DNA of 60,824 nt from an uncultured SAR86 cluster bacterium (GTDB lineage: Bacteria > Pseudomonadota > Gammaproteobacteria > Magnimaribacterales > D2472). The DNA lies in contig CABYCI010000002.1 in assembly GCA_902517425.1 (NCBI GenBank), positions 1-60,824 on the forward strand. The letters run 5' to 3'. Position 1 is the stretch's first letter. Each line of letters opens with the position of its first letter. The notes beneath the pieces were generated by a model. That model saw only the letters and a program-made list of their open reading frames with translations. It ran no database searches and was not told the origin of the DNA. Shown here one piece after another: positions 18,694 through 27,619 of the stretch. Made by a program: the position numbers and the translations under genes.

Positions 18694-19374
18694 CTACCAC
18701 TGAAAAGAGTTATGAAAATCTAATAACTTTTTTTTCCATATGTTTGTGAAGTGATTAAATTCAGCATCTTTAATAATAAACTTTTTATACATTAAATCCC
18801 TATCAACCATCAATATAGCAACCTGTTTAATATTGGTATTAAACATTACGTTATGAGCATTTGCGTATGCGCAACCTTGAAGAAAGTAGTCATCTATCCA
18901 TTCTTTTTTCTTTATTCTTTTTGATGTTTTAAAATCTATTATTGTCTCTTCACCATCTAAAATGCCTACACAATCTGCAGTTCCTGCATATAAATCATTT
19001 AATACTAAATGAACTTCAAGACCATAAACTTCTGAGATATCTTTTAAGGAATCATTAATTAATTTGTTTGACATCCCTTCAGCCATTATTCCAATACCGT
19101 CTTGGGAAAAAACATTATGATCTTCATTATTTAAATAGTTCTCTAAAGATAGGTGAACCATGCTTCCGATATCTGTTGCCTCTTTCATAACTCTGTCTGC
19201 CTCAACATCACCTACTCGCTTTCTCCACTGATCAATTGATGTTTTTTTATCAGATATATTATTTAAGACAGTAGTTACGCTTGGTACGTGATTATTCTGA
19301 GGGTCAATATAAAATCTTCCTAGATCATTATTAAGTCTTTTTAATTCAGGATAATTGAATTTATTTGTTATCAT
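18694..19374 (-). CDS. PD-(D/E)XK-superfamily nuclease (RecB/phage-exonuclease-like)
   Basis: 226 aa. Contains the motif series GSMVH ... YAGTADCVG ... IIDFKTSK ... QGCAYA (D ... D/E-x-K plus Q..Y). There is no Cas4-type Cys cluster. Confidence 0.55.
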   Translation of the reverse strand: MITNKFNYPELKRLNNDLGRFYIDPQNNHVPSVTTVLNNISDKKTSIDQWRKRVGDVEADRVMKEATDIGSMVHLSLENYLNNEDHNVFSQDGIGIMAEGMSNKLINDSLKDISEVYGLEVHLVLNDLYAGTADCVGILDGEETIIDFKTSKRIKKKEWIDDYFLQGCAYANAHNVMFNTNIKQVAILMVDRDLMYKKFIIKDAEFNHFTNIWKKKLLDFHNSFQW

Positions 19375-19395
19375 TGTGCTTTATTCTTACTAACT

Positions 19396-20871
19396 ATGAT
19401 TAATATAAAGTTAAATCCTCTTTGGAGCAAAACTGTTCTCGCAATTACATTTAGTTTTTTAATTATACTTTCATCATATGTTCTTTTGGATCCTGACGGT
19501 AGCGCAAAAAATTTATTAAAAATATATAATTTTTTTGCATCTAACTTTGAATCTTTTTTTCTTTATTTTGGGTTTGCAGTTTTAATAATTTTAATAGTGA
19601 TAGCCTTTTCTCCATCTGGAGCAAAAACAATTCAACTTGAAGGCAGGAAAAGTTATTCATATTTCTCATGGTACTCAATGCTTTTTGCCACTGGAATGGG
19701 AGCAGCACTACTATATTGGTCTACATATGAATGGCTTGTATATTATACAAACCCAATAGAGAACAATAATCAAAACCTTCTCATTTCTCGAGCATATCCA
19801 TTATTTCATTGGATGTTCACAGGTTGGGCTTTATACATACTTCCAACAGTTGCATTTGTTTTTTCGCTTATGAAAAATTCCAATACCCCTCTTACCTTTT
19901 CAGGAATATTGTTATCAAAACAGTCTGGTATATTAAGAGTAGTCTTGGATGTGTTTTTTATAGGCGCAATACTGACAGGAGCTGGTGTAGGCTTAGCGCT
20001 ATCGTTTCCTCTAATGTCGGCGGCGATATCTAAAATTTTCGGCCTAAACCAAACTTTATTTTTAGATTTTTTAATGCTGATTTTATGCATGTTAATAGTC
20101 TCAATAAGTGTATATAGAGGATTGGAAAATGGAATTAAGAAATTAAGTAACTTTAATATAATTCTTGTGATAATTTTTTTGCTCTTAATCCTAATAACAG
20201 GTCCTACTAAATATATCATTATTAATACTTTAGAGCCGGTGGCATATGTTATTAAAAACTACTTGAATTTAAGTTTAGTAAAATCACAATATTCTCTTGA
20301 TTGGACAGTTTTCTATTGGGCTTGGTATATTGCTCTGGCACCAGCAGTTGGAGCGTTTATTGTGAATATTTCAAATGATAAAACTATTAGGGAGCTTATT
20401 TTTGGTGCTTTAATTGTTGGATCACTTGGGACCATATTTCATATTGGTATTCTTTCTAATGTATCTATCTATTTTTATGAAAATGGAATTTTAAATGCTC
20501 CCAAAATCTTTACAGATGGAAGCCTTTCAAGTCATGCTCTTGTTATTGAAACAATATCATCTCTAGATTTTGGAAATATTTTTCTTATATTGTTTGCCAT
20601 TATTGCAGTAGTGTTTTTATGTACAACATATGACTCACTTTCATATATTTTAGCAACGGCATCAATGAAGAACTTTAAAGATACCCCATCAAAAAATCTG
20701 AGAGTATTTTTTGCTGTTATTTTAATGATACAGCCAGCATTGATTATGTTTTTAGGTGGTAAGGATGCTTTTATGTGGCTTTTGGTAATAATATCTGTAC
20801 CATTGATGTTTATTTATATATTTCTAATCATCTCAATTTTTAAAAATGCAATTAAACTTAGAAAATCATAA
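19396..20871 (+). CDS. BCCT-family transporter, divergent
   Basis: 491 aa, polytopic. The signature region is recognisable but altered: DWTVFYWAWYIALAPAVGAFIVNISNDKTIRELIFG, against the canonical ...FIARISRGRTIREF. Confidence 0.8.
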   Translation: MINIKLNPLWSKTVLAITFSFLIILSSYVLLDPDGSAKNLLKIYNFFASNFESFFLYFGFAVLIILIVIAFSPSGAKTIQLEGRKSYSYFSWYSMLFATGMGAALLYWSTYEWLVYYTNPIENNNQNLLISRAYPLFHWMFTGWALYILPTVAFVFSLMKNSNTPLTFSGILLSKQSGILRVVLDVFFIGAILTGAGVGLALSFPLMSAAISKIFGLNQTLFLDFLMLILCMLIVSISVYRGLENGIKKLSNFNIILVIIFLLLILITGPTKYIIINTLEPVAYVIKNYLNLSLVKSQYSLDWTVFYWAWYIALAPAVGAFIVNISNDKTIRELIFGALIVGSLGTIFHIGILSNVSIYFYENGILNAPKIFTDGSLSSHALVIETISSLDFGNIFLILFAIIAVVFLCTTYDSLSYILATASMKNFKDTPSKNLRVFFAVILMIQPALIMFLGGKDAFMWLLVIISVPLMFIYIFLIISIFKNAIKLRKS

Positions 20872-21724
20872 AGCTAATATATTTGAAAAGAATTCATTTG
20901 ATTCAAAAAAAACATCGATAGTATTTCTTCCTGGTGCCGGGATGGACCACAGAATAATCTCAATGTTTCGCTTAGAAGATCTATACGAAGAATATAATAT
21001 TTTAGGCATTGATCTGCCAGGACATGGTTATACATCTGGACCAATAGTTGATTCAATTCGAGATCATTCAAACTTTTGTATAGATGTTTTTAATAAAATG
21101 GACATTAAAGACCCAATTGTAATTGGTCATAGTTGGGGTGGTTTGGTTGCTCTAGATTTATCAACAGAGTATCAAAATAAAATGACGATATGTATGAACA
21201 TTGCATATCCTTTCTTAGTTGGTGATATGTTATTGGATTATGCAAAAGGTAACTTAGATCAAGCGGTAGAATTTTTAACAAAATATGGAGTTTATAAATT
21301 TCCAAAAACAGAAATTAAAACAAAGGGGTTCGGTACAATGGGATCTGGTTTTTACGGGCGAACAAAGGGACAAATAAAATCACCTTATGGTACAAAAGTC
21401 GTTGAAGATGATCCTGAAAGAGAAATCAAACTCTATCCTTTAAAAAGATTGTTTAATCAGTCTGAAAAAGAAATAAGTTCTATTGATTTAAAATCCTGTA
21501 ATGTATTTAGACTTACCGATGATCAAATAAATAATTTAAAAAATATAAAATATGTTTTTAGTGAAAAGGATAAACTTGCTAGGTTTAATCCAGAAAATGA
21601 TTTATTTAAGAATTCCGATATTGATAATGACATTAGTATTCTAAAAGAGGTAGGTCACTTTCCTTTTTTTGAAGATCCAGATTTAATATCAAAAGAATTA
21701 GTTAAGATTATTAATCTCAAATAA
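20846..21724 (+). CDS. alpha/beta hydrolase
   Basis: 292 aa. Contains IVFLPGAGMDHR and nucleophile elbow VIGHSWGG. Overlaps the end of BCCT2 by 26 nt. Confidence 0.75.
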   Translation: MQLNLENHKANIFEKNSFDSKKTSIVFLPGAGMDHRIISMFRLEDLYEEYNILGIDLPGHGYTSGPIVDSIRDHSNFCIDVFNKMDIKDPIVIGHSWGGLVALDLSTEYQNKMTICMNIAYPFLVGDMLLDYAKGNLDQAVEFLTKYGVYKFPKTEIKTKGFGTMGSGFYGRTKGQIKSPYGTKVVEDDPEREIKLYPLKRLFNQSEKEISSIDLKSCNVFRLTDDQINNLKNIKYVFSEKDKLARFNPENDLFKNSDIDNDISILKEVGHFPFFEDPDLISKELVKIINLK

Positions 21725-22741
21725 TTTTTTTAATATAAACTCACTGCCCCACCTATCATTCGTTCTATAACACTTAGGTATTTTAAATTCATTTTGGATG
21801 TCTGTTACGCAAGTTCCATAGTTTGTATATGAACTGATTCCGTTATCTTTGTTGTACCCAGCTTCTGGCCACATATGATCTGAATCTAAGTTTAATATTG
21901 AGATAACTTTTATTCCTCCAAGACAATCTGAAAATAGATTTTCGTTAAAAGTTTCATAATGTTTGTAAGTGGTAGAGGTTTTATCCTTGCATTTAAATTT
22001 ATCTACCCAGCTATTAATTAAATCTTCTTGAGTTTCATAAAAAAGTCCATCTGCTGAAACTCCTCCAATAGGAGGAACGCTTGTATCTTTAAGAGAAGCA
22101 TAGCTGATAAAATTAACAGGTTCATTTGGCGTGCATCCAAAACCAGATCTAGACATCGCATTTATGCTAATTGCTGATGTAATCGACTCAGGATATTTAC
22201 ATACATACGAATTTACAAAGGTTCCTCCAGAACTATTTCCAATCATATATACATTTCTAATATTATAATTTCTTTTAAAGATATCTATTAGCATCTTTAC
22301 AAAACTTGCATCATCAGCACAAGGAGCCCAACCACACCTTCCACGATCACAATTAGGATATTTAGGATATACATATCTTTCAGAGTCACTCAAACAAATA
22401 GATGAGATTTCTTCATAAGTTGTTGGTCTGATTATGTCATTAAAAGTATTTACAAGTGTATCGTTGTCATAAAAATTAAGAGATTCAGGATATAGTGCTA
22501 TAAAATTGTATTTGTTTGCTAATTTATTAAATCCTCCCGTAACTTCACTTTCAAAACCTGAGGCAGTTCCGTTATAACCATGAAGACCTACAACTAAATC
22601 TATATTTTCAAGATTATTAAAATTTTCTGGTACAAAAAATAGATATTGTCTTTGATCGCCCTCATATTCAATATAAACCTTTTGCATTTCACTTGATGAG
22701 AGAATATTAACGAATAAAGATAATATTAAAAAAATTTTCAT
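21698..22741 (-). CDS. secreted esterase, PHB-depolymerase/LpqC-like family
   Basis: 347 aa. Signal peptide MKIFLILSLFVNILSS, VVGLHGYNGTASGFE, and VYMIGNSSGGTF (GxSxG-like). Many Cys. Confidence 0.6.
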   Translation of the reverse strand: MKIFLILSLFVNILSSSEMQKVYIEYEGDQRQYLFFVPENFNNLENIDLVVGLHGYNGTASGFESEVTGGFNKLANKYNFIALYPESLNFYDNDTLVNTFNDIIRPTTYEEISSICLSDSERYVYPKYPNCDRGRCGWAPCADDASFVKMLIDIFKRNYNIRNVYMIGNSSGGTFVNSYVCKYPESITSAISINAMSRSGFGCTPNEPVNFISYASLKDTSVPPIGGVSADGLFYETQEDLINSWVDKFKCKDKTSTTYKHYETFNENLFSDCLGGIKVISILNLDSDHMWPEAGYNKDNGISSYTNYGTCVTDIQNEFKIPKCYRTNDRWGSEFILKKLFEINNLN

Positions 22742-23637
22742 GTCAGGTCTTTTAAGAACAATTTAAGAGAATTATATGCCTCGTCTTTGCGTAAACCACT
22801 AAAAACTTCATGCTTTTCACCTTTCATTGAAATATTTTGAACATTTATAAAAATTTGATTAAGCATCTTATAAAGATTTTCCATACCTTTTCCAAGATCA
22901 CTTACAGGATCATTTGTCCCTGAAATCAAAATAATTGGAAGAGAGCTTTTTACTTTTGAATAGTTTCTTTTATCAAATGCCTTAGAGCAGCCATCTGCAA
23001 TATCACCCCACATAGAATTTGTAACTTCAAAGCCGCATAAATCATCATCTACATAATCATCAACATTATGTGGATCAGAAGAAATCCAATCATGTGTAGT
23101 TCTATTGGGTTTAAATTTTTTATTCCATGTGTAATCTGTCAAATATTGCATTAGTGGATTCGTTGCATATTTACCAAAAAAAATAACTGAAAGTCTGATT
23201 ATAATTTTTTGCAAATTCATCAAAAAATTTGGAAATTTTGAAGATCCTGAAATTATTAAACCTTTTAAAATTGTATCTTGCATTACAACAGATAAGCCAA
23301 CCCAAGAGCCCATACTGTGTGCAAATAGATATTGATTTAGATGTGGGTATTTTTCATTGGTATTATTTATAAGATCAATTAAATCTTGGGTAATAACTTC
23401 CCACCCATTTTTTTCTGCAAATATACCTTTAGTATTTCCCTTCTCGATCCATCTGCCATGACCTCTATGATCTATAGAGATGACATGATAACCATCTGTA
23501 TTAAGTCTATCTATAAGCCATGAGTATCTTCCTATATGCTCGCCTTTTCCATGGCTTATGTGAATTATTCCATTTATTTTCTTATGGCTAGATAGATTTT
23601 CGTAAATATTACTCATATTAGTTATATTACGATTCAT
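22738..23637 (-). CDS. alpha/beta hydrolase, lysophospholipase / monoacylglycerol-lipase type
   Basis: 299 aa. Contains HISHGKGEHIGRYSWLIDRLNTDGYHVISIDHRGHGRW and nucleophile FAHSMGSWV. Confidence 0.75.
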   Translation of the reverse strand: MNRNITNMSNIYENLSSHKKINGIIHISHGKGEHIGRYSWLIDRLNTDGYHVISIDHRGHGRWIEKGNTKGIFAEKNGWEVITQDLIDLINNTNEKYPHLNQYLFAHSMGSWVGLSVVMQDTILKGLIISGSSKFPNFLMNLQKIIIRLSVIFFGKYATNPLMQYLTDYTWNKKFKPNRTTHDWISSDPHNVDDYVDDDLCGFEVTNSMWGDIADGCSKAFDKRNYSKVKSSLPIILISGTNDPVSDLGKGMENLYKMLNQIFINVQNISMKGEKHEVFSGLRKDEAYNSLKLFLKDLT

Positions 23638-23675
23638 AATTTACAATAACAATTAAATAATTTTATAATTTTAAA

Positions 23676-24791
23676 ATGAGTGATATTCATATAGCAGGCA
23701 CAGGTATCTGGTACCCTGATGAAAAAGTAACAAATGAAGAGATAGTTACTTCATTTAATGCTTATGTAGACAATTTCAATAAAGATAATGCGTTGGAAAT
23801 AAGCAAAGGCCATGTTAAGCCAATGGAACATTCATCAGTTGATTTTATTGAGCAAGCATCAGGCATTCAAACAAGATATGTTATTGATAAAAAGGGAATA
23901 CTTAATCCAGAAAAGATGATGCCATCTTTAAATAATGAAGATGAATCATTAATGTCAGTGCATGCTGAAAAGGGACTTATCGCAGCAAAAAAAGCTATAG
24001 AGCAAGCTGAAATATCAGTAAATGATATAGATGCTGTCATTGTTGGTAGTTCCCATGCTGCTCGTAACTATCCAGCTATAGCAATTGAAATTCAAAATGA
24101 ACTTGGCATAAATGGTTATGCTTATGATATGTTGGTTGGTTGCTCATCAACTACATTTGCAATTAACAATGCTTTTAGCGATATAGCATCGGGACTAGCA
24201 AATACAGTTCTTGTGGTTAATCCAGAAATATCAACTCCCGCATGTAATTTTACTGAACGAGATAAACATTTTATTTTTGGCGATGCTTGTGCTGCAACTA
24301 TTGTTCAAAAAAATAGTGTCTCTAAAAAAAGATTTAAAATATTGGACAGGAAACTCGTTACGCAATTCTCCAATAATATTAGAAGTGATTTTAGTTATTT
24401 AAATAGAACTGCTATAGATCAAAAAACTGGTGATGAATTATTATTTCGTCAAAACGGACGCAGCGTTTTTAAGGATGTTTGCCCTCTTGTTGCATCTTTA
24501 ATTAAAGATCAGCTTGAAGCTAATAATATTAATCAAAATGAGATCTCAAAATTTTGGCTTCATCAAGCAAATGGTAAAATGATTAGATTAATAGCCTCAA
24601 AGGTTATTGGTACTGATGACTTTGATGTCGAGCGTGTTCCAATGCCTATAGTAAAGTTTGGTAACCTTGCATCAGTAGGAAGCTTATTTGCTTTCAATTT
24701 AAATAATGATATGCAAACAGGTGAAAAAGGTGTTATTTGTTCATTTGGTGCTGGTTATTCTGTATGTTCAATTATCTTAGAAAAAGCCTAA
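23676..24791 (+). CDS. beta-ketoacyl-ACP synthase III family (FabH-like, long form)
   Basis: 371 aa with a Cys-His-Asn triad context: MLVGCSSTTF, WLHQANGKMI and FGNLASVGS. Confidence 0.85.
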   Translation: MSDIHIAGTGIWYPDEKVTNEEIVTSFNAYVDNFNKDNALEISKGHVKPMEHSSVDFIEQASGIQTRYVIDKKGILNPEKMMPSLNNEDESLMSVHAEKGLIAAKKAIEQAEISVNDIDAVIVGSSHAARNYPAIAIEIQNELGINGYAYDMLVGCSSTTFAINNAFSDIASGLANTVLVVNPEISTPACNFTERDKHFIFGDACAATIVQKNSVSKKRFKILDRKLVTQFSNNIRSDFSYLNRTAIDQKTGDELLFRQNGRSVFKDVCPLVASLIKDQLEANNINQNEISKFWLHQANGKMIRLIASKVIGTDDFDVERVPMPIVKFGNLASVGSLFAFNLNNDMQTGEKGVICSFGAGYSVCSIILEKA

Positions 24792-24832
24792 ATTAAATAT
24801 ATTTAAAACATTAAAGGATTTATAATTCGAAA

Positions 24833-24976
24833 ATGGGTGAATATGACGCAGTATGGGTTTTTATTATTTCGTTAGCTTTTGTAGGCTTCTATATATTTAT
24901 TGAGGCAAGACCCAAGGGCTCAAATTTTTTTGGAAATATCTCAAATACTATTAATAGATTCTTCAGAAATAAGTAA
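24833..24976 (+). CDS. candidate micro-protein, 47 aa, single TM, translationally coupled to tspO
   Basis: Reads MGEYDAVWVFIISLAFVGFYIFIEARPKGSNFFGNISNTINRFFRNK. Its stop TAA overlaps the tspO ATG (TAATG). AAAGGA lies about 14 nt upstream. Confidence 0.3.
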   Translation: MGEYDAVWVFIISLAFVGFYIFIEARPKGSNFFGNISNTINRFFRNK

Positions 24977-25422
24977 TGCTTAGGGTTGACCCAAAAATCA
25001 ATACCATTACCCTGGTACTTATAACTCTTATTGTTGGGAGTCTTGCTACATCAAATACAGGCACGGATACATGGTATCAAGGTCTTATTAAATCTAGTTT
25101 AAATCCTCCTGGATATGTATTTGGAATTGTTTGGCCAATATTGTATTTATTTATGGGTATAACTGCTTGGAGAAACTTAGAATCTATCAAGAATCTTTTT
25201 TATATCCAATTATTTTTAAATGCTATATGGTCATGGCTATTCTTTTCATTTCATTTGCCAGTAGTAGCTTTAATTGATATATGGTTATTGATATTTATTA
25301 ACATAAAAATATTATTTGTGGTTTTTAAACAAGATAAGGTAGCCGCAATACTATATGCGTTTTATGTTTTATGGTTATTCTTTGCTTCTTATTTAAATCT
25401 TTATATTGTTTTTAATAACTAA
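24976..25422 (+). CDS. tspO: TspO/MBR tryptophan-rich sensory protein
   Basis: 148 aa with 5 TM segments. LNPPGYVFGIVWPILYLFMGITAW is typical of the family. Confidence 0.85.
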   Translation: MLRVDPKINTITLVLITLIVGSLATSNTGTDTWYQGLIKSSLNPPGYVFGIVWPILYLFMGITAWRNLESIKNLFYIQLFLNAIWSWLFFSFHLPVVALIDIWLLIFINIKILFVVFKQDKVAAILYAFYVLWLFFASYLNLYIVFNN

Positions 25423-26669
25423 ATAAATATTCCCACAATAAGACCTGTCATGCAGGATGCCAACGTAGCACCAACTAATGCTTTAAAAGATACTTTTATC
25501 AAATCATCTTTCCTTTCAGGAGCCATTGCTGTTATTCCAGAAATTAATATTCCAACAGATGAAAGATTGGCAAATCCACACAAGCTATAAAAAGTAATAA
25601 GTTTAGATCTTTCTGAAAGCTCACCGCTTTCTAGAGCAGCGAGTGCTGGGTATGCTACAAATTCATTTAATGTTGTCTTGATACCTAGAAGCTCTCCAGA
25701 TATAACTGCCTCACTCCAAGGAATGCCCATCAACCAAGCAATAGGTGCAAAAATATATCCCAAAATTATTTCAATTGATAATTCAAAACCAAATTGAGAT
25801 GAAATAGATCCCATAATTGAATTTACTATGTATACAAGCGCTATGACCGCTATGAGAATTGTTCCTACACTAACTGCAATACTTGCTCCATCAGATGCGC
25901 CTCTAGTAACTGCATCCATTGTACTTTTGTAGACTTTTGGAACTTTACTTTCATTAAAATCAGTTATTGAATTAGAAGGTATCATTATGTTTGCGTACAT
26001 AATTGCAGCTGGAACAGATAAAACTGATGCTGTTATAAAATGCTGAATTAGATTCTGATTAATAAATGAATTTTCTAATATGCTAATTAACGCAACCATT
26101 ACCGAACCTGCCACTGTTGCCATCCCTGCTGTCATTAAGATTAGAAGTTCTTTATTTGATAGCTTACTTACATAAGGCCTAACTAATAGAGGTGCTTCTA
26201 CTTGTCCAACAAAAATATTTGCAGCAGCTCCAAGGCCTACTGGTCCTCCGATATTAAATAGTTTTTGACAAGCTTTAGAAATTAAATTAACTATGAAAGG
26301 CAAGACACCCCAATACCACAATATTGCTGAGATACATGCCATTACAATGATGTAGGGCAAAACTCCAAAAGCAAATGTTTCCAGTAATGATCTATATGGA
26401 TTTGTATCATCGCTTGGCGGATATCCAAATACAAAATTAGCTCCCTCGATAGTCGCTTCTTGTAAAATTACAACACCATTACCTAAAATTTCAAAGGCAC
26501 TAATAACAAGTGGTATTTTAAGAAGAATTACTGCGAGTATTATTTGAGATAATATTCCATATGCTACATATTTATAGTTAATGATTTTAAAATTATCTGA
26601 AAATGGTATGGCGATAGCTATTAAGCCAATAAAGCCAATAAGTATATGTCCTAGGGTGAGAATATCCAT
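25419..26669 (-). CDS. NupC/CNT-family nucleoside transporter
   Basis: 416 aa, polytopic. The CNT-like N-terminus and the C-terminal blocks GFANLSSVGI and GATLASCMTG are as recalled for NupC. Confidence 0.8.
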   Translation of the reverse strand: MDILTLGHILIGFIGLIAIAIPFSDNFKIINYKYVAYGILSQIILAVILLKIPLVISAFEILGNGVVILQEATIEGANFVFGYPPSDDTNPYRSLLETFAFGVLPYIIVMACISAILWYWGVLPFIVNLISKACQKLFNIGGPVGLGAAANIFVGQVEAPLLVRPYVSKLSNKELLILMTAGMATVAGSVMVALISILENSFINQNLIQHFITASVLSVPAAIMYANIMIPSNSITDFNESKVPKVYKSTMDAVTRGASDGASIAVSVGTILIAVIALVYIVNSIMGSISSQFGFELSIEIILGYIFAPIAWLMGIPWSEAVISGELLGIKTTLNEFVAYPALAALESGELSERSKLITFYSLCGFANLSSVGILISGITAMAPERKDDLIKVSFKALVGATLASCMTGLIVGIFI

Positions 26670-26670
26670 A

Positions 26671-27573
26671 CTAATAAAGTTTAATCTCTTTTAATCTTTT
26701 ATTTAGAAAATCATCTGCAAGTATGCCTTTATCATTGTCTCTAAAAACTGATTTCAGATTAACTGAGGGGGCTGGATGTAAAAAAAATGGGATACTATAT
26801 CTTGATTTAGATTCAGCATTTGTATCTTGAATTACTCTATGTGTAGTGCTTTTTAATTTGTGATCAGTTACGAGTTGCATCATATCCCCAATATTACAAA
26901 CAATAGCCTCAGAACTTGGTGCTACTTTAATCCAAGAACCATCTTTGCTTTTAACTTCTAGTCCACCTTCAGCAGCCCCAATTAATAGCGTAATAAGATT
27001 TATGTCTTCATGCGCTCTTGCTCTGTGAGGATTTAGATTTGAATCAACCGGTGGATAATGAATTGACCTTAATAAAGAATTACCCTTCTCAACCCATGGA
27101 AAGAAATAACTTTGATCAAGACCCAACGAAAGAGAAAGAATTGATAAAATTCTTACTCCAATTTTATGAAGCTCATTATATAAATCATCAAAATTTGTAT
27201 TAAAGTCTTTGATATGAGCTATTGATAAATTTTCTGGTATTTTTTGGTCATATGAATCGTCGGTTACTGGTCCATGATGCCAAAACTCTTTTTGATCTGC
27301 TATCTTCTCACCGACAGCCGTCTCTATTCCTTTTGGGGTATAACCTCTTGCTCCTTTAGATCCAACGGAACTATATGTATTTTTAATCTCATAATCTAAA
27401 TCAAAAAATTCTTTAGAGGATTTGTAACATTTATCAATGAGTTCTTGAGATAGGCCATGTTGAGTAATGGAGAAAAAACCATGATTTTCTAAAGCATCTT
27501 TTAATAAAGATATGGAAGAGGAATCTCCTCTTTCGATATCTTTAAATGATAATTCAGGTATTAAGTTGCTCAT
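26671..27573 (-). CDS. 2-oxoglutarate/Fe(II)-dependent oxygenase (isopenicillin-N-synthase-like family)
   Basis: 300 aa. Contains HYPP..., HxD in AHEDINLITLL, distal His in STTHRV, and RYSIPFF. Confidence 0.85.
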   Translation of the reverse strand: MSNLIPELSFKDIERGDSSSISLLKDALENHGFFSITQHGLSQELIDKCYKSSKEFFDLDYEIKNTYSSVGSKGARGYTPKGIETAVGEKIADQKEFWHHGPVTDDSYDQKIPENLSIAHIKDFNTNFDDLYNELHKIGVRILSILSLSLGLDQSYFFPWVEKGNSLLRSIHYPPVDSNLNPHRARAHEDINLITLLIGAAEGGLEVKSKDGSWIKVAPSSEAIVCNIGDMMQLVTDHKLKSTTHRVIQDTNAESKSRYSIPFFLHPAPSVNLKSVFRDNDKGILADDFLNKRLKEIKLY

Positions 27574-27576
27574 AAT

Positions 27577-27600
27577 AAAAAGGCGGTATAAACCGCCTTT
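27577..27600 (-). terminator. hairpin plus U-tract after TBDR3, abutting the next start codon
   Basis: Plus strand reads aaaAAGGCGGT-ataa-ACCGCCTTt, an 8-bp stem. On the minus strand TTTTT follows, then 3 nt, then the ATG of the oxygenase at 27573. Confidence 0.65.
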
Positions 27601-27619
27601 AAATTATATATAAGTCTTA

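Noticed and set aside
19806-20219. 137-aa antisense ORF inside BCCT2, together with 19809..20033, 10320..10520 and 9651..9890 around the BCCT genes
   Set aside because: These are shadow ORFs opposite strongly supported transporter genes, with no start context or recognisable motifs.
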